From positions 1 to 50,348 of IMG/VR virus record IMGVR_UViG_3300038548_000429: 50,348 bases of DNA; one strand, 5' to 3'. The notes beneath the pieces were generated by a model. The model had not been told where the DNA came from, made no database searches, and saw nothing but the letters and a program-made list of their open reading frames with translations. Source of the stretch: a virus (Duplodnaviria > Caudoviricetes). The position numbers were made by a program, and so were the translations under genes. Each line of letters begins with the position of its first letter. The stretch's first letter is position 1. Below, one piece after another: positions 44,834 to 50,348 of the stretch.

Positions 44834-44923
44834 GATTCCTTATGTTATTTTATTCAATTATGGTGTATACTTGTATACAGAATAACATATTATACGATGA
44901 AAGCCTATAGTGAGGAACTTTTC

Positions 44924-46027
44924 ATGGCACAAAAGAACGACAGAGCAGCAATGTGGATAGCTGTGAGTGCGCCGCATGATAATGAACGGTATTGGTTGAA
45001 TGTGAGCTTTCGCGCTCCTGAACCGATCATCACATATGATACAGAGGGGAATGAGGAAGTGTCTTATCCGGCATGGATCAATCCAAAATTGAAAGCCATG
45101 CTGATTGCTAATACCGTGAAAAAATGGCTAGCCACATTGGCATGGTTTGAAACGGGGGAAGTTGTTGGAAGTGAAGATGGTAGTCAATCATCTATATATA
45201 AAACACAAGAATCTGCTTTATCAAACAGGCTTGCTGATAAGGACGATTCCTTCATTGAAAATGACCATGAGCCGCTAGTGAGTGTGTACTGTGCATGGTC
45301 AAAGCCCGTCCCTCATGGGGTGAATACGCAGCTTACTTACAACAAATCACCTTATACCTTCACAGTCACGTCCAGCACTGTACCGGGTCAATTAGTGGTA
45401 GAGCTAGAAGCTATGGCGATGGCACACAAGGCGCTGATGAAGAATGAACTAACGGATTCAGATCGCAAGCAAGAATCAAATCGCCAGATTGCAGAACATG
45501 TAAACAACCCCGATGAACTTTATAAGCGGGATGACTTCGCACATGCACAACGGCAATCGCGTTCCATTAGCGACATGTCAGGCGACCCACTTTTGCTGCC
45601 ATCTCAGATTGATGAGATTATCAGCGGTAGATTCAACCGGGCAGACTATGAGCAACAATTTGGGCAAGGTACGTCGATCACATTCGAAGTCACCAAATCT
45701 GAATGGGAGACGACTGATAATGGCAATACATCACTTCGATTCTATGGCGAGGGGTGTGAATTTCCATACCCATTCAAAGTGACCGATAAGAATTATGACT
45801 ACATCAATACAGGGAAAGACCTGCTGCCAAAAGAAAGTCAAAAGGGGGCATATGGATTGTTATTCGTAAAAGCCCAGATCGGCAAACAATTTGATTATAA
45901 AGGCAAGTCCTACCATTACTGGAACGTAACCGACGTATGGAACAATGCTTATGAGCGAGAAGGAGGAAGTATGCAACCAGCATATAGTGACTTGCAAGGT
46001 CTACCTTCTGACCAAGAGCCATTCTAA
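44924..46027 (+). CDS. hypothetical protein (possible SSB/recombination factor)
   Basis: GAGGA RBS; beta-rich C-terminal half and an acidic tail ending DQEPF like SSB tails. Confidence 0.55.
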   Translation: MAQKNDRAAMWIAVSAPHDNERYWLNVSFRAPEPIITYDTEGNEEVSYPAWINPKLKAMLIANTVKKWLATLAWFETGEVVGSEDGSQSSIYKTQESALSNRLADKDDSFIENDHEPLVSVYCAWSKPVPHGVNTQLTYNKSPYTFTVTSSTVPGQLVVELEAMAMAHKALMKNELTDSDRKQESNRQIAEHVNNPDELYKRDDFAHAQRQSRSISDMSGDPLLLPSQIDEIISGRFNRADYEQQFGQGTSITFEVTKSEWETTDNGNTSLRFYGEGCEFPYPFKVTDKNYDYINTGKDLLPKESQKGAYGLLFVKAQIGKQFDYKGKSYHYWNVTDVWNNAYEREGGSMQPAYSDLQGLPSDQEPF

Positions 46028-46139
46028 CGCGCAATATGCGCTCATTCTCGCGTTTATGGCGCTAGTCGGTATGATAGCGCCCTTATTCAAGTTAGCGCCC
46101 TTAATGGGCATAATCATAGTGAAGTAAGGAGAAATTATT

Positions 46140-46346
46140 ATGGGTTCTGGCGCAATGTGGGAAATGAAATATCTGCGAGAAAAAGCAGACGACTATAGAA
46201 AAACTCATATTCAAGAATTAGAGAGCATCATTGAACGCATCGCAAAGGCGGAAAATGGTGCGGACTTGTTGGTTATGATTGGGGTCGCACAACGGCTTAT
46301 AGCAAATCACCACAAGACAATCGAAAAACTTATGAGGAATGAATAA
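46140..46346 (+). CDS. hypothetical protein
   Basis: AAGGAG RBS. Confidence 0.55.
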   Translation: MGSGAMWEMKYLREKADDYRKTHIQELESIIERIAKAENGADLLVMIGVAQRLIANHHKTIEKLMRNE

Positions 46347-46412
46347 TGGGCATAATCACGGAGCATTTAAGATGAGTTGTAAGGGAATCCCGTACAACTG
46401 AGGAGACATCAC

Positions 46413-46637
46413 ATGACACAAATAACCATTGAAGCTGACAATATTGAACTCATAACAGTGGGGAAAACAAACGACGGCGTAAATGACGGTTTTGATACTA
46501 ACTGCCCGGTATGTGACACATTCTTATTCGCAACTTCAACTAACGGCATAATCGCTCTACAAAGTGACTGCGATCATTTGCTTGGGTGGAAAATTCCCTG
46601 TTCCCAACTACTCGTTTTTGTCATTGAAAGGACATAA
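46413..46637 (+). CDS. hypothetical protein
   Basis: GAGGAG RBS; CPVC. Confidence 0.5.
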   Translation: MTQITIEADNIELITVGKTNDGVNDGFDTNCPVCDTFLFATSTNGIIALQSDCDHLLGWKIPCSQLLVFVIERT

Positions 46638-46639
46638 TC

Positions 46640-46945
46640 ATGACACGTAGTACAACCAACCTATCACACATTGACCGACTCATAGCAGGCGAGTTAGGCG
46701 TGAAGGTAGGAGACAGCATTCCCGCTTACACAACCGATTTGAACGTGGCGATAGAACTGATTGATTATACAGCACATCGCGTTAATGGCGTTTGGGATTT
46801 AGGATGGAACATGGGGGAATGGTATATCAAATACCACGATGAAAAGTTTGGTGGGTCGAAATATGGGATAGATAAGTCACTCGCACTCGCCATCTGCAAA
46901 GCACGATTTCCGCACCTATTTAGCGACAAGGATGAATCATCATGA
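46640..46945 (+). CDS. phage ABA-sandwich-like domain protein
   Basis: IDRLIA..PAYTTDLNVAIELI..SLALAICKA. Confidence 0.55.
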   Translation: MTRSTTNLSHIDRLIAGELGVKVGDSIPAYTTDLNVAIELIDYTAHRVNGVWDLGWNMGEWYIKYHDEKFGGSKYGIDKSLALAICKARFPHLFSDKDESS

Positions 46946-47235
46946 CTAAACACGAAACGCATCACAATCAAGATAGGGGATTCAGTAAGCCCGCACCATT
47001 TGACAAAGATCGAAAAGAGCCTATGAAAGCATTAGAGAGTGTCGTATCGGAACAACAGGCTATAGACGATAGTCAGGAGGCCTTTCGCACGATTGAAAGC
47101 TCTATGGGACACTTACTATCTATTAAGGGAGGCCATCATAATGGACGTGTATTCAACGGTGTGGTGGTGCTGCACTTCAAACTACTCACAATTAAAAAAC
47201 AATTTGATGAATTATTTGATATAGCGATAGAGTAA
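46942..47235 (+). CDS. hypothetical protein
   Basis: Coupled ORF. Confidence 0.5.
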   Translation: MTKHETHHNQDRGFSKPAPFDKDRKEPMKALESVVSEQQAIDDSQEAFRTIESSMGHLLSIKGGHHNGRVFNGVVVLHFKLLTIKKQFDELFDIAIE

Positions 47236-47488
47236 AAACGGAGAAAGGAAATGACTACATTACCCATATTGGCATTACGAATCGGGCGAGACTATAAAGA
47301 TGAGATGCAATTAGCTATGCGCCTCTATCGCAAGGGCATCATCTTGCGCGGTATGCTGACACGGCTGCTAATCTATTTCTATCGGCAAAGCATGAGGTTA
47401 CAAAATTGATACAATGAAGCTCAAAAGGGGGATAGTGTGGTATGATTACTTTATTGAAATGAAGATCGTTTCACTTCGTTCAACAATT

Positions 47489-47613
47489 AAAAAAGACACC
47501 GTGAAGTGTCTTTAAAACTATGCCTTGCTGAGGGGCGAAAAGAATGTTGTCTGGTTACAGGCTACACCTCAACGCCCCGAATAGCAAGGTACAATGACAG
47601 AGTTTATTACACA
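47489..47613 (-). ncRNA. putative antisense hairpin RNA A with terminator
   Basis: Long hairpin CCTTGCT/AGCAAGG and GGGGCG/CGCCCC, then AAAGACAC-TTCACG-GTGTCTTTTTT. Confidence 0.5.
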
Positions 47614-47625
47614 AGGAGAATAACA

Positions 47626-47931
47626 ATGAATAAAGCATACGACGAAAAAAGCCACTCATATTACAATCGCCCTGACAATCATGCCACTGGCGATGAAATT
47701 CGAGCAGCCGAATCTAATGGATGGCTAGTTAGGATTCCGCCAATGGAATTCACATCACGCTATTTTGGCCGTTTCCACGTTCTATATCCCGATGGACGCT
47801 ATAGTCAATACTCTTATGAACATTACCTTGAGGCATGGGATAGCGTGATACCAATCATGAGAACACGCACCTTTACCGGACGTAATAACCGATTAATTCC
47901 AATATGGGAAACTAAAGAGGATGAATCATGA
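47626..47931 (+). CDS. hypothetical protein
   Basis: AAGGAG RBS and ATG at 47626. Confidence 0.55.
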   Translation: MNKAYDEKSHSYYNRPDNHATGDEIRAAESNGWLVRIPPMEFTSRYFGRFHVLYPDGRYSQYSYEHYLEAWDSVIPIMRTRTFTGRNNRLIPIWETKEDES

Positions 47932-48254
47932 TAGCTATAGTATTCATTATCGGTTTTATGGTAATGGTAGGGATTCTTATTATCACACACACAAATAGGC
48001 CGCCATTATATAGTGACCTTGCAAAAGCTCAGATAACAGAACTAATCGAAATGACTAAAGCCGCGCAACAATCCGCATTCAAACACCGCCGTGCCAACAA
48101 TATCATGCTAAGTACATGGCGTGAACATTATGCTGACACAGTGATAGATAGCCAATATATGGAAACGGCACTAGTTGAAATTTGGGCGATGTTTGACAAA
48201 GAAGATTATCATGATGCTTTTGCAGATATTATAACTGAACTAAGTAACAAATGA
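47928..48254 (+). CDS. membrane-anchored hypothetical protein
   Basis: N-terminal TM helix. Confidence 0.55.
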   Translation: MIAIVFIIGFMVMVGILIITHTNRPPLYSDLAKAQITELIEMTKAAQQSAFKHRRANNIMLSTWREHYADTVIDSQYMETALVEIWAMFDKEDYHDAFADIITELSNK

Positions 48255-48320
48255 GGTACTTCATCATGACTCACTCTGTATCATTGTGCAATTATGGGGT
48301 ATGCTTAGAGCATAGAAATG

Positions 48321-48460
48321 AAAAAACGCACCGCTAAGTGCGTTTAGTAAAATCCGTTTTGAGTGGCGGAATGAACCGGGATTCATTGGAAGAATGATAC
48401 CAAAATCCCCCTTCATTGTCTAGCCTGAATAAACGGATTAATTTCCGACTTTATTACACA
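48321..48460 (-). ncRNA. putative antisense hairpin RNA B with terminator
   Basis: Hairpin AATCCGTTT/AAACGGATT, AATGAA/TTCATT and GGGATT/AATCCC, then AAACGCAC-TTAGCG-GTGCGTTTTTT. Confidence 0.5.
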
Positions 48461-48472
48461 AGGACAATATCA

Positions 48473-48802
48473 ATGAATAAAATCACAAACCAACATCAGA
48501 TTAATCCAATACAACTCGCACAGATCAATATTTATATTGGTAACTATGGCATAGATGGTGGATGCTTACGGCTTCGGTCTTATGAGAATAACATATCAAC
48601 CGCGCATTTATATCACAACGGTATAGAAACTCCACTATCCTTAACACCTGATGAGATACATCAATTGAGGGGGTTAGGATGGGGTTATATCAGGGTCAAT
48701 GATGGTGGCTGGCAGAGCATGGGCGACACTGAAAAAATATTGACCATCAATGACATTAAACAAATTGAATCAATATCGAAGTTATTGGAGAACAAATTAT
48801 GA
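48473..48802 (+). CDS. hypothetical protein
   Basis: AAGGA RBS and ATG at 48473. Confidence 0.55.
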   Translation: MNKITNQHQINPIQLAQINIYIGNYGIDGGCLRLRSYENNISTAHLYHNGIETPLSLTPDEIHQLRGLGWGYIRVNDGGWQSMGDTEKILTINDIKQIESISKLLENKL

Positions 48803-49791
48803 GCGACAGAATCCAGCGAGAACCCGATTACACACCGCCAACTGTGAAGATACTATGGGCATCAGCACAAGATGAAACCATCAGCTTAGAGGCGCTTGGA
48901 TTGATGGTATACATCCTCAGTAAGCCCGATGATTGGATATGTCAACTCACAGACATTTGCAAACGAACAGGCATAGGAATGAGCAAAGCGAAACGTGTCA
49001 TGAAAGAACTCATTGCAGCCGGGTATGTAAAGCCCAAAGAGCGATACAATGACAAGAAAGGACACATCAACTTTACGCCCTATATATTCCACTCAAATAA
49101 TACCGTCTGGAACACCGTCCATAATAAGTCACCACTAGTTGAAAAACCATTGATGGTTGAACCATCGGTTGGAAAACCATCGACGGTTATTGAACCACAT
49201 ACAGTATATAGAGATAACAATAGTAAGAAAGATATAAAAGAAAAAATAAACAAAAAGAACGCGGCGTCCGCCGCTATTTCTTTTTCTGATTCTTCTTTGC
49301 CTACTGTAGAGGATGAAGTTGTTGGATTTTCACCACCTACTGAAATAGCATCATCCCCTACTAAAAAAGAGAAGGCCCGCGAAACCAAAGCAGCACAGGA
49401 CGCGCATACAGCCCGGCAAGTGAATGCGGCGTTCTCCACGCCTGATGCGATGCGTGCGGCGGTGGGCGGCATTTGGGGGACATTGGGAGTGACTGGCATA
49501 GCGAATGACAAAATGGCTCAGTTATTACAGGGCAAAGGCAAGCACAAGGACGCGGACACCCGTGCCTGTTTAGCCTATTACAAATCTGAGCCAGTCACGC
49601 CGGATGAATTGATAGCCGTATTTAAGGCATGGACAGCCAAGCGCAAGTTGCACGATTTGAATACATCGGCAGATTTACATTGCAAGTCGCCCCTCATGGT
49701 GCAGTCTGAAATAGCATCCTACCGTGCAGCGCCTAAGAAAGCAGCATCCACGCAAGCGGCCAATTTAGCGCCGCAATTAGTGATAGAATGA
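48799..49791 (+). CDS. phage replication initiator (N-terminal wHTH)
   Basis: ISLEALGLMVYILSKPDDW...KELIAAGYV; a central repetitive EKP linker carries iteron-like DNA repeats. Confidence 0.75.
   Translation: MSDRIQREPDYTPPTVKILWASAQDETISLEALGLMVYILSKPDDWICQLTDICKRTGIGMSKAKRVMKELIAAGYVKPKERYNDKKGHINFTPYIFHSNNTVWNTVHNKSPLVEKPLMVEPSVGKPSTVIEPHTVYRDNNSKKDIKEKINKKNAASAAISFSDSSLPTVEDEVVGFSPPTEIASSPTKKEKARETKAAQDAHTARQVNAAFSTPDAMRAAVGGIWGTLGVTGIANDKMAQLLQGKGKHKDADTRACLAYYKSEPVTPDELIAVFKAWTAKRKLHDLNTSADLHCKSPLMVQSEIASYRAAPKKAASTQAANLAPQLVIE
49138..49260. promoter_or_regulatory. putative replication origin (iterons + A-rich tract)
   Basis: Four GTT..AACCA(T/C) units followed by an A-rich stretch inside the initiator gene. 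Confidence 0.55.
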
Positions 49792-49818
49792 AGCGCCCTA
49801 AAGGGCAGAGGAGCAATC

Positions 49819-50298
49819 ATGATATTTCAGCATACACACGAGAAAGTTATGGACGGAACGAAGACGCAGACACGGCGGTTGGTCAAGCCGGGGGAAACTG
49901 ACAATATAGAAATAGCTCTCGAATTAGCCAGCGCAGTAGGCGGCGGTCTGCGCGGCGTGTGCGAAATTGATACTGTTTATACAGGCTGGGATAACCATCG
50001 CATAAAATGGCAAGTAGGCAAAACCTACGCCATACAGCCGGGACGCACAACGAAGGCTATTGGGCGTATTCGCATCACGGAGATAAGGCAGGAACGGTTG
50101 TGGGATATGACAGTTGATGATGCACTTGATGAAGGGGTTTTTGCAATACCATATAGCGCCCTTAGTGTACGTTTTGCAAAGCTATGGGATACCATCCACA
50201 CGAAGCCCGGTACACGCTATGATGATAACCCAGAAGTGTGGGTGCTGGAATTTGAGTTAGTGAAGCGCGATAAATCGCGGAAGGCGGTGCGCGGATGA
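49819..50298 (+). CDS. ASCH/PUA-like domain protein
   Basis: DGTKTQTRR, RIRITEIRQERLWDMT..DALDEG and NPEVWVLEF. Confidence 0.75.
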   Translation: MIFQHTHEKVMDGTKTQTRRLVKPGETDNIEIALELASAVGGGLRGVCEIDTVYTGWDNHRIKWQVGKTYAIQPGRTTKAIGRIRITEIRQERLWDMTVDDALDEGVFAIPYSALSVRFAKLWDTIHTKPGTRYDDNPEVWVLEFELVKRDKSRKAVRG

Positions 50299-50348
50299 AA
50301 TGCCCACAGTGCGGTAAACGTATGAGACTGATGCGATCTGATGCTGTA
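50222..50348. repeat. 127-bp direct repeat identical to 1..127
   Basis: Exact match to the window start. Confidence 0.95.

Noticed and set aside
47521-47590. tRNA-like structure in the hairpin regions (also 48351..48440)
   Set aside because: No T-loop GTTCRA, no cloverleaf and no CCA end; they fold as single long hairpins.

Overview
The window is almost certainly one complete, circularly assembled tailed-phage genome of about 50.2 kb. The first and last 127 bp are identical, which looks like an assembler overlap. A siphovirus-like morphogenesis block runs on the minus strand: ParB-like/DNA methyltransferase, TerS, TerL, portal-MuF fusion, protease/scaffold with a HiPIP-like Cys motif, major capsid, adaptor, tail tube with a beta-propeller, tail chaperones, tape measure, distal tail genes and a membrane/lysis-like cassette. 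The plus-strand early region carries an HTH replication initiator with iterons, an ASCH-like protein and a primase-helicase. I recognised no integrase, endolysin, tRNA or CRISPR array. The host is unknown; a Chloroflexota-like host is a weak inference from a Pro/Thr-linker lipoprotein and the tail architecture. The most striking unexplained structure is a ~700 bp non-coding array at 15807-16507 of six back-to-back units (extended -10 promoter, stem-loop RNA, intrinsic terminator). Two of these RNAs carry anti-Shine-Dalgarno plus anti-AUG sequence. Other notable points are a large glycan-modification island in the head-tail region, a probable +1 TTT-CGG frameshift in the tail chaperone, and short duplicated gene-junction sequences around small accessory genes. 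All protein calls come from motif recognition and synteny, not database searches.
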